A stretch of DNA of 29,796 nucleotides, the filler included, from an uncultured virus (IMG/VR IMGVR_UViG_3300005239_002148) (Duplodnaviria > Heunggongvirae > Uroviricota > Caudoviricetes). It is 3 parts of one record of this genome, joined end to end, with 100 filler letters (N's around TTAATTAATTAA, not from the genome) between each part and the next. Parts side by side here need not be neighbours in the genome. Positions count along the whole stretch, not along the records: positions 1,741 to 28,264 come from IMGVR_UViG_3300005239_002148; positions 28,365 to 29,796 come from IMGVR_UViG_3300005239_002148; 1 more part is not named here. One strand, 5' to 3'. The position numbers and the translations under genes are program-made. The notes under the pieces were generated by a model. That model worked only from the letters and a program-made list of their open reading frames with translations. It did not search any database and was not told where the DNA came from. Positions 21,342 to 29,744 of this stretch are shown piece by piece. Each line of letters starts with the position of its first letter. The first letter of the stretch is position 1.

Positions 21342-22831
21342 TTACCTTTTCTCGTGAGCTAATTTAACTAAACCTAAAGTAGATGAAAACATTCCATCGC
21401 CTGCAGGACTAAAAGTGTGCTTAGCACTGTATATGATATAGTCACCTGATTTTTTAATATCTAATTCTTGGTTACTTTCTGCTCGTTGATGCATAGTATT
21501 TTTCTTAAATTCTACACGTATTTTATTACTTATTGTCATATTTTTATCTTTTGCCAAAAAGTTCTTACCCGGTACTTGAATAGTTAATGCTGATTTATGT
21601 AAGTATCCTCTTATTCCTAGTGCAGTTACTTTTAAATTGTGTAAATCACCATTTCGATATTCGTTATAACCTCTAACGTTATCTATTGAACCTGTTGCTA
21701 TTCCGCTCTGAGATCTACTAGTAGTAATATTAGTTATAGTAGTAGCATTATATTGACCAATATTTTTTCCAGCAAAAACAGCCTTATCGTCATAAACTGG
21801 TATATCAGTCTCATCGAATATACCTAACATCTTTGCTCTCGCAAAAGTTTCTCCAGGATTATGTTTTTTAACGTGCACTGTTCCTTGAAAGGTATCGATA
21901 AAATTATAAGTAGCAGGACCGATACCAGCAACATTCATTAAATTCTGACTCTCATTTTCTTTATATACAGAATTTTTAATTAAAAAGTTTTTCTCAACAG
22001 GTTTTAGAGTATGTGCCTTTGCTGCGATCGCTTCTGAATACGTGTATGCAGGTAATCCAGTTCCAATATTGTTAAGAGCCGGCATTCTTAACATAGTTTC
22101 TAAATCTAAAAATCTAACTTTGTCATCTCCCATACTCGCAAACACATAAAACGGATACCCGTTTGAAGTTACGCACCTATCACAAAGCCAGGTAATCGCA
22201 TCTAAAGGCCCCATATTTGGAATTATGACTTTCATCTCGCCGTCTATTAACGGTTCTGTCCTATCATCAAATAGTAATTCATTATTTAAAAAATAGTCAG
22301 ATCCGGTAGTAACATATCTATCTAATTCACGTAATAAACTCTGTATTATCTCTGTGGCACTACTTCGAAATCCACCATCATTGAATCCACCTTGACTTTC
22401 AACGGCTTTAAATATTCTATTAATATTCATTAAATTAGATTGGTATGCTCTTTCTTCTATTAAGTGTAATAGAACTATTTCATTATTATCATTACTTTTT
22501 CCGGTATTAGTTACTTTATTTACGATAAAACGTTTAGTAATTGAATTGTCTTTAGTATCTTCTATTTCATGTCCTGAAAATATAGATATTTCAATTCTTT
22601 CAGTTCCTTGAAATGGAAATCTATCTCCTAAATTTGCGTTATCTAAAAATGCTAATTGAGCACTTATATACGGCGTATCTAAAGATTCAAAAAAACTTAT
22701 TTCGTTTATCATATTTTTAATATCATAACCTTCAGGAGCCCATTGATTCCAGCGGTCGGCTGTTACCACAACTCTTTCAATAACATATTCATATGGATAC
22801 TGTTGTACTCTTCCATTAAAATATCGGCCAT
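21342..22831 (-). CDS. Baseplate hub protein (gp27-like tail protein)
   Basis: DIKNMINEISFFESLDTPYISAQLAFLD...QGTERIEI, VIIPNMGPLDAITWL, IQVPG, KSGDYIIYSAKHTF. Lies between gp53 and gp5. The frame is open upstream of the track's GTG (22769). The true start is probably ATG 22831 with a 1-nt error. Confidence 0.72.
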
Positions 22832-22873
22832 AATCTACAAAACACGATGTATCGATCTATAGCACTGGTTTTA

Positions 22874-23647
22874 TTACTTAATTTTTCTTAATTTTTCATT
22901 TTCATACAGATTATAATCGAATCTTGTAATTTCTGTTAAAAAAGCTGGTTGCTCTTCAATTCTAGGATCTATATCGACCCAATTTCCATCCGCGTCTTCA
23001 TAATGGTGAGCACTTAGTATTTCGGTTGAAGCAGATTTTAATCTAGCATTTTCAAAGAACGTAATATCTTCATATTCCTCAATTGAATTAGGATCTAATA
23101 GAGAAAGAGGATTTTCAGTTATTCTATCAAATTTAACAGTTTCTCCATTAATCCATGTTCCGGAATTATTATTAAGAATTATTTGTCCAAAATCCATATT
23201 TTTTCGAATTACTGTCCCTTTAGCTCCAGACTGAGTACCGGTAACTAAACTTCCAACTTTAAATATATTAAAAAGATCTTGATTACCGTCTGGGTGACCT
23301 ATGTGCGGAATACCATAATCATCAGTTCTAAAAACAAGGGTAACATTTGGATACGTTTCTTCAGTTTTCGAAACAAGCTGGCTATATGTAAGAGGCCATC
23401 CCTGTCTTCTTAGCTGATCATTCATTAGAAAAAATGTCCAATAATATTTAGAATCTCCATACATTTTAGCAGCTAACACATCAGGCCTATCTCCTTCTAA
23501 AATCTGATAAGATAGATAGTGTTGAAATGAATCTTTGAATTGATCTATAATATCTGCATATGCAGATATATTCTGAAAAATGGTAAGTGAATTATCTTCA
23601 CCGCCAAATCTATAATTTATATTTTCAAAGGGTGAAAAATATCCCAT
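22874..23647 (-). CDS. gp53: Baseplate wedge subunit gp53
   Basis: MGYFSPFENINY, YQILEGDRPDVLAAKMYGDSKYYWTFFLMN...WPL, HHYED, ENEKLRKIK. The last residues (VIKP...) are probably lost to a frameshift. Confidence 0.9.
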   Translation of the reverse strand: MGYFSPFENINYRFGGEDNSLTIFQNISAYADIIDQFKDSFQHYLSYQILEGDRPDVLAAKMYGDSKYYWTFFLMNDQLRRQGWPLTYSQLVSKTEETYPNVTLVFRTDDYGIPHIGHPDGNQDLFNIFKVGSLVTGTQSGAKGTVIRKNMDFGQIILNNNSGTWINGETVKFDRITENPLSLLDPNSIEEYEDITFFENARLKSASTEILSAHHYEDADGNWVDIDPRIEEQPAFLTEITRFDYNLYENEKLRKIK

Positions 23648-23648
23648 A

Positions 23649-24759
23649 TTAAAATCCGTCCTGTATATCTTTTTTATTTAACAATTCGTTTTCTCTTAAG
23701 GTCATCGATATATTTGTTTCTTGAAAATGACCACCTTTGAAAAAAGACGCAGAAGGAGCATTAAATGTAGCTTGAAAATTAGTTAAATAACATGGTTTAA
23801 ATCTTATAAAGTTTTTTCCATTATTATCACTAGAACCGTAATGCATGCTTATGTTAATCTCGNNNNNNNNNNNNNNNNNNNNNNNNNNNNNNNNNNNNNN
23901 NNNNNNNNNNNNNNNNNNNNNNNNNNNNNNNNNNNNNNNNNNNNNNNNNNNNNNNNNNNNNNNNNNNNNNNNNNNNNNNNNNNNNNNNNNNNNNNNNNNN
24001 NNNNNNNNNNNNNNNNNNNNNNNNNNNNNNNNNNNNNNNNNNNNNNNNNNNNNNNNNNNNNNNNNNNNNNNNNNNNNNNNNNNNNNNNNNNNNNNNNNNN
24101 NNNNNNNNNNNNNNNNNNNNNNNNNNNNNNNNNNNNNNNNNNNNNNNNNNNNNNNNNNNNNNNNNNNNNNNNNNNNNNNNNNNNNNNNNNNNNNNNNNNN
24201 NNNNNNNNNNNNNNNNNNNNNNNNNNNNNNNNNNNNNNNNNNNNNNNNNNNNNNNNNNNNNNNNNNNNNNNNNNNNNNNNNNNNNNNNNNNNNNNNNNNN
24301 NNNNNNNNNNNNNNNNNNNNNNNNNNNNNNNNNNNNNNNNNNNNNNNNNNNNNNNNNNNNNNNNNNNNNNNNNNNNNNNNNNNNNNNNNNNNNNNNNNNN
24401 NNNNNNNNNNNNNNNNTCCCAGTTGTATTAAAACTAGGCGCTCCTCCGCGAAAGCCATCGTCTAGAACAGCAGTATCTGCGCTTGAAGATTGCTCACCAG
24501 TTGCCGCATAAAAAATGGTATCAGTTAAACTTTTAAACATTTCTCCTAATACAGCCATCCCGTCGCCGAGTGCAGGAGGTGTTGTGATTACTGGCTGAAA
24601 TAAAATATATGCTTTATAATCGGTCTCATTTTCTAAAGGAAATTTTAATCTTGGAGAATTTTCTCTAGAATTTCTTACATTGACAGCGCCTACCTGCTGC
24701 CCAGCACGGGCTTCGAAATCGAGACCTCCTATAACTGCATTTTCGACATTAAATACCAT
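23649..24759 (-). CDS. gp48: Baseplate tail-tube cap gp48-like, interrupted by N gap 23863-24416
   Basis: N-terminal LKFPLENETDYKAYILF. C-terminal IRFKPCYLTNFQATFN...FQETNISMTLRENELLNKKDIQDGF. Directly upstream of gp53. Confidence 0.8.
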
Positions 24760-24770
24760 ACGAAATTTCC

Positions 24771-24778
24771 TATAAATA
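24771..24778 (+). promoter_or_regulatory. Late promoter TATAAATA for gp4
   Basis: Exact match 38 nt upstream of the gp4 ATG. Confidence 0.85.
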
Positions 24779-24798
24779 AAGCTAAATTCTACTAGTTA

Positions 24799-24806
24799 TA
24801 TTTATA
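24799..24806 (-). promoter_or_regulatory. Late promoter TATAAATA for the gp48 operon
   Basis: Exact match on the minus strand 40 nt upstream of the gp48 ATG. Confidence 0.85.
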
Positions 24807-24815
24807 TAGGAAAAC

Positions 24816-25313
24816 ATGAAAACATACTCAGGTAAATTTAATCCAAAAAATCCTAGTAAATATCGTGGAGATTATACTAAAATTATATATCGCTCAATGT
24901 GGGAAAGGCATTGCTTTCGATGGTGTGACGAACAAACTGATGTAGTCTCATGGTCTAGTGAAGAAGTTGTAGTTCCTTATCTATATGAAGTAGATAAAAA
25001 ATATCATAGATATTTTGTAGATCTTAAAATTACTTTTAAGAACGGAAAAACATTATTAATTGAAATAAAACCAGATGCTCAAACTCGCCCTCCTAAAAAT
25101 CCAGGTAAAAAAACTAAACGGTACATAACCGAAGGTCTAATATATGTAAAGAACATGAATAAATGGAAAGCCGCTAAATCGTATGCAGCAGATCATAAAT
25201 GGGAATTTCAGATATGGACAGAGCATACACTACAACAAATGGGAATAATGCCGAAACCTCCAAAGAAAATGAAACCGCTGCCTCCAATGAGAAAACCTAA
25301 TAAAAAAGTATAA
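24816..25313 (+). CDS. gp4: Head completion protein gp4 (TnsA-like nuclease fold)
   Basis: YSGKFNPKNPSKYRGDYTKIIYRSMWE...WSSEEVVVPY...HRYFVD...LIEIKP...NMNKWKAA...FQIWTE. Confidence 0.95.
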   Translation: MKTYSGKFNPKNPSKYRGDYTKIIYRSMWERHCFRWCDEQTDVVSWSSEEVVVPYLYEVDKKYHRYFVDLKITFKNGKTLLIEIKPDAQTRPPKNPGKKTKRYITEGLIYVKNMNKWKAAKSYAADHKWEFQIWTEHTLQQMGIMPKPPKKMKPLPPMRKPNKKV

Positions 25314-25316
25314 ATA
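25309..25316 (+). promoter_or_regulatory. Late promoter TATAAATA overlapping the gp4 stop, upstream of gp2
   Basis: Sequence reads GTATAAATAGACTTATG. Confidence 0.8.
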
Positions 25317-25321
25317 GACTT

Positions 25322-26440
25322 ATGACAGAGATATTTAAAAAACTAGAATTAGAAGCTTTTCGTGCAGGAATTACTCCTCGCACTAAAGAATCACGTGAAT
25401 GGTTTCGCAGGAAAATTACTTCTATGCGCGGAAAAGAGTTTCGCAGAATTAAACAAGGTACATTAATGCAAGAAGATGAATTGACTCTTACTAATAATAC
25501 CGATATTGGTAAAATGTGCATGTTCTTCTATGATCCTAAACATAAAGNNNNNNNNNNNNNNNNNNNNNNNNNNNNNNNNNNNNNNNNNNNNNNNNNNNNN
25601 NNNNNNNNNNNNNNNNNNNNNNNNNNNNNNNNNNNNNNNNNNNNNNNNNNNNNNNNNNNNNNNNNNNNNNNNNNNNNNNNNNNNNNNNNNNNNNNNNNNN
25701 NNNNNNNNNNNNNNNNNNNNNNNNNNNNNNNNNNNNNNNNNNNNNNNNNNNNNNNNNNNNNNNNNNNNNNNNNNNNNNNNNNNNNNNNNNNNNNNNNNNN
25801 NNNNNNNNNNNNNNNNNNNNNNNNNNNNNNNNNNNNNNNNNNNNNNNNNNNNNNNNNNNNNNNNNNNNNNNNNNNNNNNNNNNNNNNNNNNNNNNNNNNN
25901 NNNNNNNNNNNNNNNNNNNNNNNNNNNNNNNNNNNNNNNNNNNNNNNNNNNNNNNNNNNNNNNNNNNNNNNNNNNNNNNNNNNNNNNNNNNNNNNNNNNN
26001 NNNNNNNNNNNNNNNNNNNNNNNNNNNNNNNNNNNNNNNNNNNNNNNNNNNNNNNNNNNNNNNNNNNNNNNNNNNNNNNNNNNNNNNNNNNNNNNNNNNN
26101 NNNNNNNNNNNNNNNNNNNNNNNNNNNNNNNNNNNNNNNNNNNNNNNNNNNNNNNNNNNNNNNNNNNNNNNNNNNNNNNNNNNNNNNNNNNNNNNNNNNN
26201 NNNNNNNNNNNNNNNNNNNNNNNNNNNNNNNNNNNNNNNNNNNNNNNNNNNNNNNNNNNNNNNNNNNNNNNNNNNNNNNNNNNNNNNNNNNNNNNNNNNN
26301 NNNNNNNNNNNNNNNNNNNNNNNNNNNNNNNNNNNNNNNNNNNNNNGTGGGAGATAGCTACATTTCTTCCGACTGCATCTTGGAATAAAGCATCTGGTCG
26401 AGAAGTATATCAGAATTCGAGGAAGATTATAAATGGGTAA
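25322..26440 (+). CDS. gp2: DNA end protector protein gp2, middle hidden in N gap 25548-26346
   Basis: RTKESREWFR...IGKMCMFFYDPKHK before the gap and WEIATFLPTA...ASGREVYQNSR after it. Confidence 0.9.
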   Translation: MTEIFKKLELEAFRAGITPRTKESREWFRRKITSMRGKEFRRIKQGTLMQEDELTLTNNTDIGKMCMFFYDPKHKXXXXXXXXXXXXXXXXXXXXXXXXXXXXXXXXXXXXXXXXXXXXXXXXXXXXXXXXXXXXXXXXXXXXXXXXXXXXXXXXXXXXXXXXXXXXXXXXXXXXXXXXXXXXXXXXXXXXXXXXXXXXXXXXXXXXXXXXXXXXXXXXXXXXXXXXXXXXXXXXXXXXXXXXXXXXXXXXXXXXXXXXXXXXXXXXXXXXXXXXXXXXXXXXXXXXXXXXXXXXXXXXXXXXXXXXXXXXXXXXXXXXXXXXXXXXXXXXXXXXXXXXXXXWEIATFLPTASWNKASGREVYQNSRKIING

Positions 26441-27167
26441 CAGTCGTATATTTAATATTGATGCTTTTAAAAGTCAGATCAGCCAAGGCTTAGCAAGATC
26501 AAATAAATTTGTGATAGGTTTACCTGCAGGTAGCACTATTGAAAATGACCACAATAGATTTCAGGCAAATCCAAGCAATGAACCGCGAATTACAGCAGTG
26601 GCATCAGATTTACCAGGCCGAGATACCTTACATTTTTTATGTAGATCCTGTAATCTGCCTATGAATCAAATGTTGACATCAGAGCGAATAATAGGAATGA
26701 AACAAGAGAAAATTACTTATGGTTATGCTCAATCAGATGTGACACTTTCTTTTTATGAATCAAATGATTTTCCAATAAGAAAATATTTTCAAACTTGGCA
26801 AAATACACAAGTAGATCAAGATGAAGGAGAAATTAACTTTAAAAAATCATACGCAAAAGATATGACAATAACTGCATTTTCAACAGAAGGATCTCCTTTA
26901 TTTGGTGTTTCATTAATAGATGCCTTTCCTGTAACTATAAATCAACAAGATTTTTCAAACGAAAATAATGGTATTGTAGACACAACAGTAACTATAGCAT
27001 ATACTCGATATTTATCACAGATACCCTCTGCTATGAAAAATGTTCCGGGCGGTAGCGGCTTAGGCCTTCCTGACGGAATTGATCAATTTGTAAAAGATAC
27101 ACGAGATGCACGAGAATTAAAAAAATTAAAAAGTGTATGGTTAGATCCATTCAGAAATATCGGATAA
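26433..27167 (+). CDS. Tail-tube-fold protein (gp54-like tail tube initiator / gp19 paralog)
   Basis: GLARSNKF, FLCRSCNLP, DVTLSFY...IRKYFQTWQ, LIDAFPVTI...TVTIAY. Lies between gp2 and gp26. Confidence 0.8.
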   Translation: MGNSRIFNIDAFKSQISQGLARSNKFVIGLPAGSTIENDHNRFQANPSNEPRITAVASDLPGRDTLHFLCRSCNLPMNQMLTSERIIGMKQEKITYGYAQSDVTLSFYESNDFPIRKYFQTWQNTQVDQDEGEINFKKSYAKDMTITAFSTEGSPLFGVSLIDAFPVTINQQDFSNENNGIVDTTVTIAYTRYLSQIPSAMKNVPGGSGLGLPDGIDQFVKDTRDARELKKLKSVWLDPFRNIG

Positions 27168-27198
27168 TATTTATAATTTTAAACCATGAGGTAATATA

Positions 27199-27912
27199 AT
27201 GGCACTACCAATTTTAAATGACAAACCTAAATATGAAATGACTATTCCGTCAACTGGTCAAACAGTACGTTTTAGACCATATCTAGTAAAAGAAGAAAAG
27301 GTTCTGATGCTTGCTATGGAATCAGAAGATTCAAATCAAATGTTTTCATCAATTATTGATACTATAAAGGCGTGTGTCCACACAGAAGAAAATGATGTAA
27401 AATGGAATGAACTTGCAATATTTGATATTGAATATATGTTCGTAACTATTAGATCTAAATCTGTTGGAGAAACGAGTAAACTTAATTTAAAATGCGCTGA
27501 ATGCGAAGAACCAAACGAATTAGTTGTTGATCTATCTGATATTACTCCCACTTTGCCTGATGTGTCATCAGTAATCGTTCTTACAGATGAAATTAGTTTA
27601 GAAATGCAATGGCCAGCGTATAGCGATTTAAATAAAGCTGGAATGCAAGAGATGAGTAACACCGAACTTACCATGATGATGATTGGCAATTGTATTAAAT
27701 ATGTGTATACAGCTGATGATCAAATTATACTGAAAGACGAATCACAAGAATCAGTGACTGCATTTATTGATTCTTTAAGCACAACACAATTTGAGATGAT
27801 AAAAAATTATACTGAGAAAATGCCGCAGATTATAAAGAATGTTGAATTTGATTGTGAGAATTGCAATCATCATAATGAAATTAAACTACAAGGAATGGCT
27901 GATTTTTTTTAG
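27199..27912 (+). CDS. gp26: Baseplate hub assembly protein gp26
   Basis: MALPIL...PKYEMTIPSTGQTVRFRPYLVKEEKVLM...FDIEYMFVTIRSKSVGE, two CxxC pairs, ends QGMADFF*. Confidence 0.93.
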   Translation: MALPILNDKPKYEMTIPSTGQTVRFRPYLVKEEKVLMLAMESEDSNQMFSSIIDTIKACVHTEENDVKWNELAIFDIEYMFVTIRSKSVGETSKLNLKCAECEEPNELVVDLSDITPTLPDVSSVIVLTDEISLEMQWPAYSDLNKAGMQEMSNTELTMMMIGNCIKYVYTADDQIILKDESQESVTAFIDSLSTTQFEMIKNYTEKMPQIIKNVEFDCENCNHHNEIKLQGMADFF

Positions 27913-28106
27913 TATGCCTCTCTCATGATAGTCTTATAAATTTTTATAAGAGTAACTTCAGGATGATGCAAGACCATAATTATTCATTAAGTGAACTAGA
28001 AAACATGATACCATGGGAAAGAGAAATCTATATTATGCTTTTAAGTGAACACATAAAAGAAGAAAACGACAAAGCAAAAGAGCGTGCGCTTGGGCAGATG
28101 CAATAG
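27903..28106 (+). CDS. gp51: gp51-like baseplate hub assembly protein in the -1 frame of gp26
   Basis: Not in the ORF track. Reads FFLVCLSHDSLINFYKSNFRMMQDHNYSLSELENMIPWEREIYIMLLSEHIKEEN...Q*. YSLxELENMIPWERxIY is typical of marine T4-like gp51. First in-frame ATG is at 27963. Confidence 0.85.
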   Translation, partial: FFLVCLSHDSLINFYKSNFRMMQDHNYSLSELENMIPWEREIYIMLLSEHIKEENDKAKERALGQMQ

Positions 28107-28117
28107 GATAGAATAAT

Positions 28118-28264
28118 ATGGCAACTATAGAACAGTTAACACAGCAGCTTGTTAGTGTAAACGAGAACCAAAACGACACCGCCGAAGCGACTAAAAAAGA
28201 AATTAGTGAGCTGTCAAAAAGTGTGAAAGATCTTCTAAAATTTCAAAAAGAGCAAGCAAGAAAA
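28118..28264 (+). CDS. N-terminus of probable tape measure / gp29-like protein, truncated
   Basis: Coiled-coil-like MATIEQLTQQLVSVNENQNDTAEATKKEISELSKSVKDLL. Assignment by position after gp26-gp51. Confidence 0.55.
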
Positions 28265-28364
28265 NNNNNNNNNNNNNNNNNNNNNNNNNNNNNNNNNNNN
28301 NNNNNNNNTTAATTAATTAANNNNNNNNNNNNNNNNNNNNNNNNNNNNNNNNNNNNNNNNNNNN
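28265..28364. other. Artificial contig linker (N run with TTAATTAATTAA at 28309-28320)
   Basis: Same spacer as at 1685-1696. Confidence 0.95.
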
Positions 28365-28924
28365 AACGTCACGAATTTTCAGTTTAAAGTTTGCACCATT
28401 CCAAAAGTCAAATGGATTAATTGGCTCTTCATCTGCAAATTCTGGTTGCATAGCATCCATCAATTATCAAAGATTTTCTTACCGTAGTTATAAAGGAATA
28501 CTTTACCTTCATTAGCCGGATTACCTGGATCTGATACAACAAGAATATTTGATACGTGGTGAAGCCTACGTTTTTGAGCTCGTGCTGTTTCTTTATCAGC
28601 TTCAATACCAGAATTCCAAAGACGACTATTTAGTTCGCCAACTGGATCCTCTTGACCAATAGAAGTAAGTGATTTTTCGATGTACCATTTACCGGTTGGG
28701 CCTTTAAAGCCATGATCCCAGAAACGAATCCATGGAAGTTCTGCGCCTTCAGTTGCAGGTAGAAAACGAATAATAGCATAACCATTATTCTGTTTATCGA
28801 CTGTGGGTTTCCACATACGGTCGTCTGTATATTTGTTTGAAGATGCTCCGCCTCCAACAGCTTCAGCTGCTGCGACGAGTTTATTGATTTGACCGCGGTC
28901 ACGTTTAAGATTTGCAAAAGACAT
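28365..28924 (-). CDS. gp32: Single-stranded DNA-binding protein gp32, frameshifted at ~28463 and 3' truncated
   Basis: MSFANLKR...DDRMWKPTVDKQNNGYAIIRFLPA...HGFKGPTGKWYIE...DPGNPANEGKVFLYNYGKKIFD. Continues in another frame as LMDAMQPEFADEEPINPFDFWNGANFKLKIR. Confidence 0.96.
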
Positions 28925-28970
28925 ATTATGTTCCTTATATTTGCGATGTATGTTTTAATATTACTGAATT

Positions 28971-29000
28971 ATTATACAATATATTGTACGAGTTGTACAC
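28971..29000 (-). promoter_or_regulatory. Sigma70-like (early-type) promoter upstream of gp32
   Basis: Minus strand GTGTACA-17 nt-TATAAT (-35 at 28994-28999, -10 at 28971-28976). Resembles the T4 early consensus GTTTAC-N17-TATAAT. Confidence 0.6.
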
Positions 29001-29015
29001 TACTATATATCATTA

Positions 29016-29210
29016 TTATTTCCGTACAAAAATAACAGTTTCTTTACCAGTGTCTGGATTAACTGATGGGATTGCGACATGACCTTCAGGAACTGGTTGA
29101 GTTCCGGTATATTGCCATGTACGGCCAGCTTCTTTATTTGCCGGTCCGGCATTAAAAAACTCTTCATTGTCATTCAAAAAGAGCATTGTGATCATAATTA
29201 GTTCAAACAT
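29016..29210 (-). CDS. Small hypothetical protein with hydrophobic N-terminus
   Basis: 64-aa ORF with an AGGA Shine-Dalgarno, coupled to the upstream ORF. Confidence 0.7.
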   Translation of the reverse strand: MFELIMITMLFLNDNEEFFNAGPANKEAGRTWQYTGTQPVPEGHVAIPSVNPDTGKETVIFVRK

Positions 29211-29211
29211 T

Positions 29212-29337
29212 TTAGTTCCTTTGTTTTATATGTTTATATAGTTGATAGTAATAGTCAAAAGTTGTCGGATAGTTGTCTGGGTCTGGTAGTACTCCTTTAA
29301 ACATTTTAATAAATTCTTGTATTTCGTTATCTGTCAT
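29212..29337 (-). CDS. Small hypothetical protein (41 aa)
   Basis: Below the track cutoff. MTDNEIQEFIKMFKGVLPDPDNYPTTFDYYYQLYKHIKQRN*; tiles exactly between its neighbours. Confidence 0.65.
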   Translation of the reverse strand: MTDNEIQEFIKMFKGVLPDPDNYPTTFDYYYQLYKHIKQRN

Positions 29338-29503
29338 TTTCCATACTCTGTCTTTTATCACAGTACATTACCCACATATACCAAGAAGCATACAGAGGTA
29401 TAATAGCATTTAAATTAATTATTGGAGGCAATATCATTATTGCAGCTGGAAATATAAACACTGTCATGATGGCCACTGCTACATAATCGTACCAACGTAT
29501 CAT
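29327..29503 (-). CDS. Small predicted membrane protein (58 aa)
   Basis: Below the track cutoff. MIRWYDYVAVAIMTVFIFPAAIMILPPIINLNAIIPLYASWYMWVMYCDKRQSMENDR*. ATGA overlap with the gp33 stop. Confidence 0.65.
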   Translation of the reverse strand: MIRWYDYVAVAIMTVFIFPAAIMILPPIINLNAIIPLYASWYMWVMYCDKRQSMENDR

Positions 29504-29733
29504 TCAAATAACAACTCATTCTGTCGAGGTAAAAAATTAAGGTTCATTGCTTCAGCTTCAATTTTTTCTCTAATTACATTTGAAATAAACTTCTTAACAT
29601 CCTGAGGATCGATATTAGTCATTTCGCATGTTTCTATTACAGCATCCATATACGACAATTTCTTATCTACAACTTGCTTTTCGATCAGTTTACCAAATTT
29701 GGCTCTGTTCATAAATTCCGATTCAGCTGGCAT
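29500..29733 (-). CDS. gp33: Late transcription coactivator gp33
   Basis: FGKLIEKQVVDKKLSYMDAVIETCEMTNIDPQDVKKFISNVIREKIEAEAMNLNFL matches the gp33 pattern. Confidence 0.92.
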   Translation of the reverse strand: MPAESEFMNRAKFGKLIEKQVVDKKLSYMDAVIETCEMTNIDPQDVKKFISNVIREKIEAEAMNLNFLPRQNELLFE

Positions 29734-29744
29734 TTTAGTCCTTT

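Noticed and set aside
23841..24465. ORFs made mostly of X (23841..24431, 23845..24465, 25506..26357)
   Set aside because: Artefacts of translating through N gaps.
24816..25313. TnsA-like nuclease motif suggesting a transposon
   Set aside because: T4 gp4 has this fold, and the context is canonical with no mobile-element features.
28365..28470. Premature stop in gp32
   Set aside because: A single missing A near a contig end; conserved sequence continues in the adjacent frame.
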